From positions 26,275 through 90,274 of the forward strand of contig CAWFHZ010000016.1 of NCBI GenBank assembly GCA_963815785.1: DNA of 64,000 bases, written 5' to 3'. Every line of letters starts with the position of its first letter. Position 1 is the first letter of the stretch. This DNA is from an uncultured Ignavibacteria bacterium. Lineage in GTDB: Bacteria > Bacteroidota > Ignavibacteria > Ignavibacteriales > Ignavibacteriaceae. The position numbers were made by a program, and so were the translations under genes. Under the pieces are notes generated by a model. That model worked only from the letters and a program-made list of their open reading frames with translations, was not told the origin of the DNA and ran no database searches. Shown piece by piece: positions 26,220 to 37,644 of the stretch.

Positions 26220-29200
26220 ATGAAGTTTAATTCTTTCTATTTCCACATAATATTTATTATAGCCTTTTCTTTCAGCGCTGAATCGCAAGAAATACATTTC
26301 AGGCATTTAACTATTGATAACGGGCTTTCACAGAATGCTGTTTCCTCCATCATACAGGATAGACAGGGTTTTATGTGGTTTGGTACAAAGGATGGTCTTA
26401 ATCGTTACAATGGATACTCCTTTGTCATTTATCAGAACGATCCATTTGATACAACAACTATTCCACCAATTATGTAACTGCATTATTTCTTGACAAGGAT
26501 AGCTTTCTTTGGATCGGGGCGAAAGACGGATCCCTGAGTTATTTAAAAACCGGAAATGAAAATTTTAACCGCATTAATTATCAGCAAGATTCATCAGACA
26601 ACCAGGAAAATAGTTCAATCAATTGTATTGCGGAAGATTTAAACGGCAATATCTGGATTGGTACCAACGGAAATGGTTTATTCAGACTCTCATTTCCTGA
26701 TGAAAAAAACTCCAAAATGAAATTCAAACAATTTATAAATGATCCTGATGAAAGTACGAGTCTTGGTTATAATAACATAACCAGCCTTTTTGTTGATGCA
26801 ATCGGAACTTTGTGGATTGGTACCAGCCTGACTCTTGAAAAGTATAATTCCGCTGATGAAAACTTTAAACATTACAGTATCACAGTAAAATCAAAAGAAG
26901 CACCTTCTTTGCTAAGTGAAAATGAAGTCAGTGCAATTTATGAAGATAAATCTGGGAAATTCTGGCTGGGCACGCCAAGTGGTTTGGTATTATTTAATAG
27001 AAAAAGCGGGGACTATAATTTATTTCCTCACCACTACAGTATATTCAGATTCGGATGGGGAAGAATATCAAATATTCTGGAAGATGACTCCGGGTTGTTC
27101 TGGCTGGCTACTCCCGGCGGACTAATGATTTTTGATAACATTAAAAAAAAATATAATTATTGCATGAATGATCCTTTGGATCCTTCCAGCATAAGCTATA
27201 ATTCTGTCTCCAGCATCTGGCGTGACCGCACAGGTATTTTATGGCTGGGTACACCCGGTGCTGGAATTAATATTTATAATCCAAATCAAAACAGGTTTTC
27301 TACTTTTATAAGAAAAAAAGATGAAAAATCGCGGATTACCGGGTTTAGTGTCCGGGCTATACTTGAGGATAATAAAGAATATGTATGGATTAGTACAGAT
27401 GTTTTGTACAGATGGAACAGAAGCACCGGAGAACTCAAAAGTTACGAAACATCTTCAGATCATCCTGATGATTTTGGTAATACCGGTGCCCGGTCAATAA
27501 TACAATCAGTAAAAGGCGATTTATGGTTTGCGACTCCGCAGGGTTTATTCAATTATAATCCCATAAATGAAAAATCCAGGCAATATAAATTTGATCCGAT
27601 GAATACGGATGGTTTACCGCAAAGAGAAGTTTTTGCAGTTTATGAAGATCATAAAGGGGATATCTGGATTGCGACGGAAAATTATTTTTGTAAACTGACT
27701 GATTATAAAAAAGGAACATTTAAAACATTCAGGTACAATAAAAATATTCCTAAAAATGAAATTGCTCAAGTCTGTATTTATGAAGATACAAAATCAGATT
27801 TCTGGCTAGGCACAAATGACGGTTTGATACGGTTTGTACAGTCTACCGGAACTTTTTTAAAATACCGGAACGATCCTTCTGATCCTTCAAGTCTGAATAA
27901 TAATAATATTAAATCAATTTGTCCCGATCCATCGGAACCGGAAAAATTTCTCTGGTTGGGAACTGCTGGCGGAGGTCTAAACAAATTCAATTACAAAAAT
28001 AAAACTTTTACTCATTTTACGACAAAAGATAACCTCCCAAATAATGTAGTTTATGGAATTCTACCTGATGAAAAAAGAAATCTCTGGCTTAGCACAAATA
28101 GAGGATTATCAATGTTTAATCCTGTTCAGCTCAGATTCAGAAATTATGATGTGCTTGATGGTTTGCAGAGTAACGAATTTAACACCGGTGCTTATTTCAG
28201 GAGCAACCGTGGAGAATTATTCTTTGGTGGAATTAAAGGAATCAATCATTTTTTCCCGAAAAATATAAAGGACAACCGGGTAATCCCAAATATTGTCATA
28301 ACCCGGTGTATAATTCCAAGTCAATCATCTTCTACTACAAATGAGAATGGAGAAGAAATTAAATCTCTCTTAAACACAAAATCAATAACTCTCTCATACA
28401 ATGAAAATATTTTTAGTTTTGATTTTGCTGCAATGGATTTTTCGGCACCCGAAAAAAACAGGTATGCTTACAAACTCGAAAATTTTAACGAGAACTGGAT
28501 AAATACAGGCACAAGCAATACAGCCACTTTTACTCATCTTCCTCCCGGTAAATATGTTTTCCGTGTGAAAGGCTCAAACAATGATGGAGTCTGGAATAAT
28601 GAAGGAGCTTCTTTAGAATTAATAATTCTTCCTCCGTGGTGGAGAACCTTGTGGGCATATGCATTATACTTAATTTTATTTTTATCAGGTCTTTATTTCT
28701 TAAGGCGATATGAATTAAACCGGGTATATTTAAAAAATCAATTAAAGATAGAGATGGTTAAATCAGATTCGCTGAGTAATTTAAATAAGCTGAAGTCGCA
28801 ATTCTTTGCAAATATTTCACACGAATTCAGGACGCCTCTAACGTTAATCCTTGGGCAGATAGACAGCGTTCTTTCGTCAGAAATTAATTCTAAAGAAAAA
28901 GGAAAATTACACATTGCCAATCGGAACGCAGGCAGACTTCTAACCTTAATAAACCAGCTACTTGATATTTCAAAGATTGAAGCAGGAAAAATGGAATTAA
29001 AAGCTGAAAAGCATAATATTGTTTCATTTCTTAAAAGTCTGTTTTATTCATTTGAATCACTTGCTGAATCGCGAAAGATAACCCTTAAGTTTGAATCTGA
29101 GCTTCAGAATATTCCCGTAGTTTTTGATCCCGATAAGATGGAAAAAGTATTTTATAATCTTATTTCAAATGCTTTTAAGTTTACCAAATTGAATGATGAA

Positions 29201-30355
29201 ATAAGTGTAAAACTGAACCTGTATAAAACATCTGCATTGTTAATCAGGGTTAAGGATACCGGGATAGGAATAAAAACAGACCGGCTGGAGCATATTTTTG
29301 ACCGATTCTACCAGGCTGATAATTCGAATACAAGGGAACACGAAGGGACTGGAATTGGGCTGGCATTAGCTAAGGAACTAATTGAGCTTCACAATGGAAA
29401 AATTACTGTCGAAAGTAAATTTGGAGAAGGATCAGAATTTATAATTGAGCTTCCTTTGGGAGACACTAAAATTAAAATGGAACAGCCGGTTGAATTGCCA
29501 TCTTATAATATCCCTTCAACAAAACTTATCACTGTTACTGAACCGCTGAAAGAATATCAGGAGTACCCATCATCATTTGCTGAATCCGCTAATGATAAGG
29601 AAATTATATTGATTGTAGAAGATAATGCAGATGTGCTTTCATACATATGTGAGCAGCTTAAAACTGATTACCAGGTTATTGAGGCTACAGACGGTTTGGC
29701 CGGAAAATCCAGAGCACTGGATGTGATTCCTGATCTGATAATAACAGATGTTATGATGCCTAAGATGGATGGTTATACATTAAGCCGGGAAATAAGAATG
29801 GATGAAAGAACAAGCCATATCCCAATTATTATGTTAACTGCTAAAGCAGGGCTTGATGATAAAATAGAGGGACTTGAAACCGGAATTGATGATTATCTAA
29901 CAAAACCTTTCAGTGCTAAAGAATTAAAAGTTCGCGTTAAAAATTTAATTTTTCAACGCAGGCAATTGCGGAAACGCTTCAGTACCTCAACAATTATCAA
30001 ACCATCGGAAGTTTCAACCACATCTATTGACCAGGTATTTCTGAGAAAAACTTTAGAAATTATTGAAGAACATTTTGGTGATGAACAGTTTAGTGTTGAT
30101 AAACTGGCAGAAGAAATAAGTATGAGTGTTTCGCAACTTAACAGAAAGCTAAATGCCCTTGTTGATCAACCGGCAGGGCAACTAATCAGATCACTTCGTT
30201 TACAGAGAGCCGCAGATCTCTTACACAAAAATTCTGGTACAATAGCAGAGATATGTTATAAAGTGGGTTTTAATGACCAGGCTTATTTTTCCCGGGCTTT
30301 TAAAAAACAATTTGGGTGCAGTCCTTCAGAATATAAGAAGACCGAGAGTAATTGA
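26220..30355 (+). pseudogene. hybrid two-component regulator (propeller repeats / Y_Y_Y / TM / HisKA-HATPase / REC / AraC HTH) with one frameshift near 26465-26480
   Basis: Track ORF 26220..26477 holds the signal peptide and the first propeller repeat. The shifted frame reads NYVTALFLDKDSFLWIGAKDG... and joins 26717..30355. Later motifs are SHEFRTPLT, GTGIGLA, DVMMPKMDG and an AraC-type HTH C-terminus. It may be intact if the shift is a sequencing error. Confidence 0.8.
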
Positions 30356-30810
30356 AAGGTTAATTTAATATCAGTCCTATGGATGAAAATATTACAAAAA
30401 TAAGATTTTCCCTTAACCAACCCTTTGATTCAAATTAAAAGATTGAACGGATTAGGAAGACAACAAATAAAATTAACATCAGCACTTCATAGAATAAGAT
30501 TTATTACTTTCTCCATAAAAATTCCTCAGACAATATTCCCCTAAAAGTAGCTTCGTAGGGAATACTGGCGTAACTGCTGCTTAATCCAATCTCTATCTTT
30601 ACACAAGTAATTTTTGAAGTTTATCAAAAATCAGGGAGGGAAGTTAATGTTCTGTTTCTTTTCATTAAAGGTTGATTTTCATTTAATTCTGACAATAAGA
30701 GTGAATAATCCAAACATTTGCGTGAATAATACAAGATAAACTTAAACCTTTCTTTTACTTTTACTTCCACAGATTTACACCTACTATCGAGCAATTATCA
30801 ACAGATTAAT

Positions 30811-31251
30811 GTGAAATTATTAAAGATTAAAGGTATCTATAATGATTCAGGTACGATCGAGCTTGAATCTTTGAAAACAATTGATTGGAAATCGTTATGT
30901 GAGGACAATCCACCCGGACTTCCTCCCGGAATCAGGTTGGAATTGGCGATTTCAGTTAATGAGGATGATTTTCTGACGGGCGAAAACGGAATTGTGTGGG
31001 CAACCTACGATTCAAGGCAAACTGAAGTTATACAAAGCGCTTTGCTTGCCCAGCATATAAATTCTGAAATAAAGAAAATTCTGTTTAATGAAACTGAAAT
31101 GTACCTGCTGATTATTACCGATGATTCAGATTTAAGTGATGTAAAAGATTTTATATGGAGAAATAGAAGTGGATTGAGATTAAAACCCGATTGGAGTTAT
31201 CCAGATGGTGAAAAGAATAAAAGTTTTGAGCAATGGTTAAGCGGACAATAA
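30811..31251 (+). CDS. hypothetical protein (GTG start)
   Basis: 146-aa ORF. No recognisable family. Confidence 0.4.
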   Translation: MKLLKIKGIYNDSGTIELESLKTIDWKSLCEDNPPGLPPGIRLELAISVNEDDFLTGENGIVWATYDSRQTEVIQSALLAQHINSEIKKILFNETEMYLLIITDDSDLSDVKDFIWRNRSGLRLKPDWSYPDGEKNKSFEQWLSGQ

Positions 31252-31303
31252 ATTTTAATTCAAGGTAACTAATAAAATCAATAACAAATCCGAAAGGAAA
31301 TAT

Positions 31304-31735
31304 ATGAAATCAATTATTTCAGTACTTTTTTTGCTCGCTTTCTTTATATCGATGAGCAGTTCAGTGTTTGCACAGGCGGCAGAGGGGAATGTCTTTGTAG
31401 TAACAAATTTTGAAAGAGCTTTCCCGGATGACGGATCTGCAGCGGAATTAGATTCTCTTAATCAAATCTCTATGGATTATTCCTGGAAGAACAATCCATA
31501 TGTTGTTAGCTATAAAACTTTGCGTCACTGGTGGGGTCATGATAATCGTGATTTTATCCAGATCATAGAAGTAAAAAGCTGGGATGATGTTACAAAAGCC
31601 AACGAAAAGGCAAATGAATTATTTATGAAAGCAATGCCTAATAAAGCTGATAGGGTAGCCTTTGGTAAAGCTTACAATAAATATTTCTCCGGCAAACACT
31701 CTGATGAAATTTACAGAGAAGTAGTTTTTAAATAA
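31304..31735 (+). CDS. secreted hypothetical protein
   Basis: Signal peptide MKSIISVLFLLAFFISMSSSVFAQ. An aggaaa RBS lies upstream. Confidence 0.55.
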   Translation: MKSIISVLFLLAFFISMSSSVFAQAAEGNVFVVTNFERAFPDDGSAAELDSLNQISMDYSWKNNPYVVSYKTLRHWWGHDNRDFIQIIEVKSWDDVTKANEKANELFMKAMPNKADRVAFGKAYNKYFSGKHSDEIYREVVFK

Positions 31736-31823
31736 ATCAATGTTTTGTCAATTCAATGAATGGAAATATTATTAATTATTTCCATTCTTCAATTAATGTC
31801 AAAAATCAAATGGAGAAGGTACT

Positions 31824-32294
31824 ATGAAAAAACTAACTCAAATATTTTTTGCAATGTTCGTTTTATTGTTGTTAACAGGCAGCAGTTTCGCGCAGCAATG
31901 GTCTGATGCACAGAAAGATGTATGGGCTGGCGTAGAAAAATACTGGCAGGTATCATCATCAGGTGATGCAGCTGGATTTATGACGTATTTCGATGACAGC
32001 TATATGGGCTGGAGCAATAATTCACTTGTACCGATGAACAAGACCAACACAGGCAAGTGGGTTACTCAGGATGCACAGAACAATACAACTCTTGTATATT
32101 CCATCACTCCCCTCACTATATGGGTAAAGGGTGACTTTGCATATGTACATTATACTTATGCTTCGCTCGAACAAAATAATGAAACAAAAAAGAAGAACCC
32201 CAGCTCAGGTATCTGGACAGACATCCTGATGAAAAAAGACGGTAAGTGGGTGCTGATAGGCGATCACGGCGGAAGAACATCCAAGGATCAATAA
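31824..32294 (+). CDS. secreted NTF2-like (SnoaL/DUF4440-type) protein
   Basis: It has a signal peptide. The W...D...F...F.DDY.GW...... and KKDGKWVLIGDHG patterns are typical of the NTF2-fold DUF4440 family. Confidence 0.6.
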   Translation: MKKLTQIFFAMFVLLLLTGSSFAQQWSDAQKDVWAGVEKYWQVSSSGDAAGFMTYFDDSYMGWSNNSLVPMNKTNTGKWVTQDAQNNTTLVYSITPLTIWVKGDFAYVHYTYASLEQNNETKKKNPSSGIWTDILMKKDGKWVLIGDHGGRTSKDQ

Positions 32295-32324
32295 ATAGAA
32301 CTATCTGAGATAACCAGTAAAATT

Positions 32325-32362
32325 AAAAGATGTCATCTTCAAAAAAGATGACATCTTTTGTA
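32325..32362 (+). terminator. rho-independent terminator
   Basis: A 15-bp stem, aaaagatgtcatctt / aagatgacatctttt, with a 5-nt loop, followed by a T-rich run. Confidence 0.7.
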
Positions 32363-32416
32363 TTAGAGTGAATCTTACTATGAAAGAAAAAAAATTAACG
32401 AAGACCTTCGAAAAAA

Positions 32417-32944
32417 ATGAGAACAGGATCCATTCTGCAAATACTTTTATTAGTTGCAATCACAATTACCCCTTTAATATTTATTCCCTGCTCAAATCCC
32501 GAAAAAGAAGATACTGAACAAGTAGAATCAAACATAAAATCATACACTCATACGTGGGATGAAATTATGAATCACAGAAAACAGTATAAGTTTAATAATT
32601 CCAACTTTACACAAGATGTTGTAATGCGTGCAAGTCCATCAGATATAGTTGGAATTGACGGCGCAAAAGCTTATTATTCAAACTTTCTTACCGGGTTTTC
32701 AAATATTCAATTCACAATTAAAGATGTTTTCGGGCAGGGAGATAAACTTGTAAAGTACTGGAATTTTAAAGAAACTCACACACGCTATTTATTAGACATT
32801 CCTACAACGGGAAAATATGTGGGCATTGATTGTTCAACCTAAGTCCGAATGGGTAATGGAAAAATTGCGGAGGAAAGAGATTTTTATGATAACTATGATT
32901 TTCAAAATCAATTGAGACTAATACCACCTTATGAGCAAAAATAA
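32417..32944 (+). pseudogene. SnoaL-like (ester-cyclase type) protein with a frameshift near 32835-32845
   Basis: The track ORF ends ...GKYVGIDCST*. The shifted frame continues VRMGNGKIAEERDFYDNYDFQNQLRLIPPYEQK*, which is the canonical C-terminus of this fold. Confidence 0.6.
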
Positions 32945-32959
32945 AGAGAGTTCAAAATT

Positions 32960-33677
32960 ATGGTAAGGATCTTCAGAAGCATCAGACTTAAACTTGCAGC
33001 GGAAAACAATGTTGTAAAATACCTTCGTTATGCATTTGGCGAAATCGTACTTGTTGTAATCGGAATTTTAATTGCTTTGCAGGTAAACAACTGGAATGAA
33101 AAAAGAAAAGACGCAAATTTTGAGCATGAGATTCTTTCACTTATCGATCAAAATCTTGAACAGGATTCTGTTTCCTTATCGTTTGAACTTTCCCATACAA
33201 AACTTGCTATACATTTAACTGATCGATTGCTAAAGCAAGTCGCATTAAAAAACTTTAATGATAGTTTGAATTACTGGATGGGAAAAATTATCTCCTTCGA
33301 ACGTTTTAGATCTCAATCCAGCGCTTATGAAATGTTGAAGTCCAAAGGTCTGGAAAACATCTCTGATAAAAAACTTCAGATGGCACTAATAACGTATTAT
33401 GACCAAAGTTTATACCAAATTTACCAGTCTCTGAATGACGTAGAATTATCTTTTAAACAAGATTGGATTCCGGTAATTAAAAAAGAATTTTCAGACTTTA
33501 ACTGGACAAATTACTGCATTCCAACTAATCCTGAAAGAATTCTTTAAAAAGCCATCTACAATCACTCTCTTTAAATTGTATCAGGATAACAGAAGAGGTC
33601 TTGTTAGAAATGGAGAAAAAGCACTCGATAAAATTGCTGAAATCAGAAAGCTTATTAAAAAAGACACTGGAAGATGA
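32960..33677 (+). pseudogene. paralogue 1 of the tandem N-anchor family (DUF6090-like, name from memory); one frameshift near 33535
   Basis: The N-terminus is MVRIFRSIRLKLAAENNVVKYLRYAFGEIVLVVIGILIALQVNNWNEKRK. After ..NPE the frame slips in a gaaagaa run and continues FFKKPSTITLFKLYQDNRRGLVRNGEKALDKIAEIRKLIKKDTGR*. Confidence 0.65.
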
Positions 33678-34479
33678 AAATTTTTAGAAATGTAAGACAA
33701 AAACTCGCAGCCGAAAACAGTGTTGCAAAATACTTGCGTTATGCCGTTGGCGAAATAGTTCTGGTAGTAATTGGAATTCTGATTGCATCCTTCAGGTTAA
33801 CAACTGGAATGAAAACCAGAAACAAAAAAAACGGGAAACAGTCTATTTACAAAATTTAAGTATTGATCTAAAGAAACAAATACAGCTGCAGGATATCTAT
33901 ATCGATTTTGAAGATATCTTCCTTCAGGATTGCAAAGATATAGTTGCACATTATGAACAAAATATCGGGTTCAAAAACATGGACTCCATTTTTCCAAAAA
34001 TAAATGATCTGAGTGCAAGAATATCATTCACCAATGCCAACACAACTCTTTCAGAAATGATAAATTCCGGAGACATCAATATTATTGATAATGAATCACT
34101 AAAAAAGGAACTTATAGAATTTAACCAGTTTATAGAAGGGTTTGCCAGGAATACAGTTAATAATAACACTAATCTGGTAGATCAGATTGTTGCAAGAAGC
34201 GTTGTTAAGAATAGCAACTTTGCATATTCTAATTATTCCAAAAGAATGAGAAGCAAAATTCAAAAAAATTATCAGATGAATTTTATTAATGTTAAAGACA
34301 ACACCCTGAAAACGATTGCAATTCAAAATCTCAATGAACCCAAAATTAGACTGGAGTTAATTAATGATGTGGTTTTTAGAAATGGTTTAGCCGAATTACA
34401 AAAATCAGGCGACGAAATGTTAAAAACAAAAGCAACACAATTGTTAAAACATATTGAAACAGAATTAAATCATAGATGA
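33674..34479 (+). pseudogene. paralogue 2 of the tandem N-anchor family; one frameshift near 33790
   Basis: The N-terminus is MKIFRNVRQKLAAENSVAKYLRYAVGEIVLVVIGILIA. After the shift it reads LQVNNWNENQKQKKRETVYLQNLSIDLKKQ... and joins track ORF 33979..34479. Its ATGA overlaps paralogue 1. Confidence 0.65.
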
Positions 34480-35216
34480 AAATTTTTAGGAACATCCGCA
34501 AAAAACTAGCTTCCGAACAAAAAGGAATGTCTTACCTTCGTTATGCAGTCGGAGAAATATTTCTTGTAGTTATCGGAATACTTATTGCGCTGCAGATTAA
34601 TAATTGGAATGAAAACCGAAAACTTGATAAGTCTAGACAAGAATACTATCGGCAGCTTTTAATTGATTTGAACAAGGATAAAGAATCAGCAAACTATTTT
34701 ATAGAGAGTTTTAAAAAAGAACACGAGGAATACAACAATTACCTGGAACTTTATGACAAAAAGAATTTAACTCCGTCCGAAGTTTATAACAAACTATTAA
34801 AGTTAAACCTGGCTTCCGTTTTTATGAAATTCAATTCTAACACCATAGAATCAATCCGCAGCAGCGGTGAGTTGATATTGTTTCCCCTGGAAATAAGAAA
34901 TAAATTATTGGATTTAAAAGTGTTGCAGGATAATATACTTGAGAGAGCAAAACATGAAGATAACCATAAAGCGGATGTTATCAGAAGTATGTCTCTAATA
35001 AGAGGAGCCTCAACACTTGATTCCCGACTGAAAAATCATCCTCAATTAAAAGCTTTCTTGAAATTTAATAACAATCTTCCGCAAATAATTCTGGGCTTAG
35101 ACGCAACACAAAGATGGAAAGATTTTTCAGAAACACATTCAGTTTCGAGCTTAACAAAAATGATAAAGGATATTAATGTTATCATCGGTTTGATTAAAAA
35201 TGAAATGAACAAATAA
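34476..35216 (+). CDS. paralogue 3 of the tandem N-anchor family
   Basis: The N-terminus is MKIFRNIRKKLASEQKGMSYLRYAVGEIFLVVIGILIALQINNWNENRK. The C-terminal 195 aa is divergent. Its ATGA overlaps paralogue 2. Confidence 0.75.
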   Translation: MKIFRNIRKKLASEQKGMSYLRYAVGEIFLVVIGILIALQINNWNENRKLDKSRQEYYRQLLIDLNKDKESANYFIESFKKEHEEYNNYLELYDKKNLTPSEVYNKLLKLNLASVFMKFNSNTIESIRSSGELILFPLEIRNKLLDLKVLQDNILERAKHEDNHKADVIRSMSLIRGASTLDSRLKNHPQLKAFLKFNNNLPQIILGLDATQRWKDFSETHSVSSLTKMIKDINVIIGLIKNEMNK

Positions 35217-35232
35217 ATTTTATTAAAACTTT

Positions 35233-36000
35233 ATGACCAGAATCTTCAGAAACATCAGACAAAAACTCGCAGCCGAAAATAGTGTTGCAAAATACCTGCG
35301 TTATGCAATTGGTGAAATCGTACTTGTAGTAATTGGAATTTTAATTGCTCTACAGGTGAACAATTGGAATGAACAAAGAAAATCGAAAATACATGAAAAA
35401 GAATTATATGGCCGAATATTAATGGATTTGAAAATTGATGAAGACAGAATAAACCAACATATTGATTATTTTAATAATGATTTGGAAATTCTTAATAATA
35501 TTTACCAGGAAACTCAGGGTTTTTCGAAAAGTGATTCCCTTGCGGACTTTGGTTCAATCCGGAGTTTTAGAATTTTCAATCTGGTCATTACCTCAAATTA
35601 TTCCAAAAGCACCAAAGAAATAAGCAACCCTGAAATTGAGAAAAGTTTGAATGAATATTTTGCAAGAGAACAGCTCATAAAAGATGCTTTAGAAAATATT
35701 CGAAATTTCAAGGAGAGCCATGTAAAACCCTTTCTGGCCAAATACGGCATCAATAATACAGGAGTGCTATTTAAGAACCGCCAATTAGATTATTATAAGC
35801 TTAGGGAAAAAAATATACTATCCCTTACAAAATTTAAAGCACAGTATGGTACCGTACAATTAGACCAACTGCTTTTTGGTATCGGTGTAAGAACTTCCTG
35901 GGCCAGGACAGAACTTCAACATATCTTGTCCATGAACGAAAAACTGCAATTGGATTTGATGAACGAATTGGGCGATAATAATCCATTTAATAAAGAATAA
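35233..36000 (+). CDS. paralogue 4 of the tandem N-anchor family
   Basis: The N-terminus is MTRIFRNIRQKLAAENSVAKYLRYAIGEIVLVVIGILIALQVNNWNEQRK. The C-terminal domain is divergent. Confidence 0.75.
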   Translation: MTRIFRNIRQKLAAENSVAKYLRYAIGEIVLVVIGILIALQVNNWNEQRKSKIHEKELYGRILMDLKIDEDRINQHIDYFNNDLEILNNIYQETQGFSKSDSLADFGSIRSFRIFNLVITSNYSKSTKEISNPEIEKSLNEYFAREQLIKDALENIRNFKESHVKPFLAKYGINNTGVLFKNRQLDYYKLREKNILSLTKFKAQYGTVQLDQLLFGIGVRTSWARTELQHILSMNEKLQLDLMNELGDNNPFNKE

Positions 36001-36031
36001 TGAAATTAAAGAAACAACCAACAAATAATTA

Positions 36032-36808
36032 ATGATTAAGTTCTTCAGAAATATAAGAAAGCAACTTGCTTCAGAAAACAAAGTAATGGCGTATTTGCGT
36101 TATGCTGTTGGCGAAATAGTACTTGTTGTTGTTGGTATTTTAATTGCACTTCAGGTTAACAACTGGAACGAACAGCGAAAACATAAAAATGAAGAAATAC
36201 AGTTTCTAAAAGGTTTTAAGAGAACCCTAAATGAAGATCTAAAGAACAATAATTGGAGGGGAAAGCAGTTTGAGTTAACCAGAGAATCGATTGATATCCT
36301 TCTCTCAAGCCTTAAACAAAATATGCCCTATAACGACTCGCTTTCCTACCATTTTGGTAGGATAACTCAAACCTGGAGACTCGCAACAAACAATGAGGTA
36401 TTTGAAACCTTAAAATCTTACAACTTAAATCTTATTTCGAATGAGAAATTACGGTATGAAATTGTAGGTTATTATTCTTACTCAGACAATTATCTTAAAT
36501 CTGATGTACAAACATATTTTTCAATTATTGATGATGCCAGTAAAAATATTTTCAATACAAGGTTTGATGCATTGTGGAACGGAAGCTACACGAGGAAATC
36601 CGAGAAGAGTGGAAATATTATCGATTCGAATCTACGTATGATTCCTAATGACTATGCCGAATTGAAACATGACAATAAATTTCTCTATTTCTTAAGAAGT
36701 TTAAAAAATCAATATTATTGGAAAATTGAAACGAATTTGAATAGAATAGACAAAAATGCAAATGCTTTGATTAAAAATATAGATAACGAATTAAATAAAA
36801 TAGAATAA
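36032..36808 (+). CDS. paralogue 5 of the tandem N-anchor family
   Basis: The N-terminus is MIKFFRNIRKQLASENKVMAYLRYAVGEIVLVVVGILIALQVNNWNEQRK. The C-terminal domain is divergent. Confidence 0.75.
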   Translation: MIKFFRNIRKQLASENKVMAYLRYAVGEIVLVVVGILIALQVNNWNEQRKHKNEEIQFLKGFKRTLNEDLKNNNWRGKQFELTRESIDILLSSLKQNMPYNDSLSYHFGRITQTWRLATNNEVFETLKSYNLNLISNEKLRYEIVGYYSYSDNYLKSDVQTYFSIIDDASKNIFNTRFDALWNGSYTRKSEKSGNIIDSNLRMIPNDYAELKHDNKFLYFLRSLKNQYYWKIETNLNRIDKNANALIKNIDNELNKIE

Positions 36809-36841
36809 TGAAAGCAGAACAAGTTAACCAACTAATAACTC

Positions 36842-37552
36842 GTGATTAAATTCTTCAGAAATATAAGAAAGCAACTTGCCTCAGAGAATAAAGTGATGGC
36901 ATACTTACGCTATGCTGTTGGAGAAATTGTTTTAGTTGTTATCGGGATTTTAATTGCTTTGCAGATTAACAACTGGAATGAATTAAGAAAACAAAATGTT
37001 GCTGAGACTGAATTTTTAGAAGGTGTGAAAAAAGATCTTACGCAAGACAAACAATATATCAAATTAGTCTTAAAGGAAATGGAACCGAAAATAGAGGCAT
37101 TTGACTTATTAAACAGTAAGGGGTTTTTAAAGTCTCAGAATAATAATATAACTTCCATTGACACATTATTACAAATTTATTTTTCAACAAAGGGGATACG
37201 TACATTTTATCCGGTGTCCGGTTCTTTTCAATCAGCTGTGTCCGGAAGTGAACTTAATAACTATAAAGATAAAGAAATCATCAGTTCAATCATTAAATTA
37301 TATAATTCAACTTATTCGAGATTAATTGATAACGGGAAAATACTGGATGACAGATGGGCATTTTTAAGAAAAAAATATATCCATCAATTCCGTACAGCAA
37401 ATTTTCATTTTACGGATAATGCAAAACTCTCTGAAATTATGGATGATATGTACTATCACTATCTTGAACTGCAATGGTATCGGGGAGTGTTAAAAGATAC
37501 TCTTGTTGAAATTGATGGATTATTAAAAAAGATAAATGATGGAATTCTTTAA
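36842..37552 (+). CDS. paralogue 6 of the tandem N-anchor family (GTG start)
   Basis: The N-terminus is (M)IKFFRNIRKQLASENKVMAYLRYAVGEIVLVVIGILIALQINNWNELRK. The C-terminal domain is divergent. Confidence 0.75.
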   Translation: MIKFFRNIRKQLASENKVMAYLRYAVGEIVLVVIGILIALQINNWNELRKQNVAETEFLEGVKKDLTQDKQYIKLVLKEMEPKIEAFDLLNSKGFLKSQNNNITSIDTLLQIYFSTKGIRTFYPVSGSFQSAVSGSELNNYKDKEIISSIIKLYNSTYSRLIDNGKILDDRWAFLRKKYIHQFRTANFHFTDNAKLSEIMDDMYYHYLELQWYRGVLKDTLVEIDGLLKKINDGIL

Positions 37553-37644
37553 TCAAATCAGTACGAAATAAGGTTTTTAAAAATGAAAGCCGAATCAATT
37601 ATAAAATATTTTATCATGCCTGATTTTATTGAATCATACATTTA

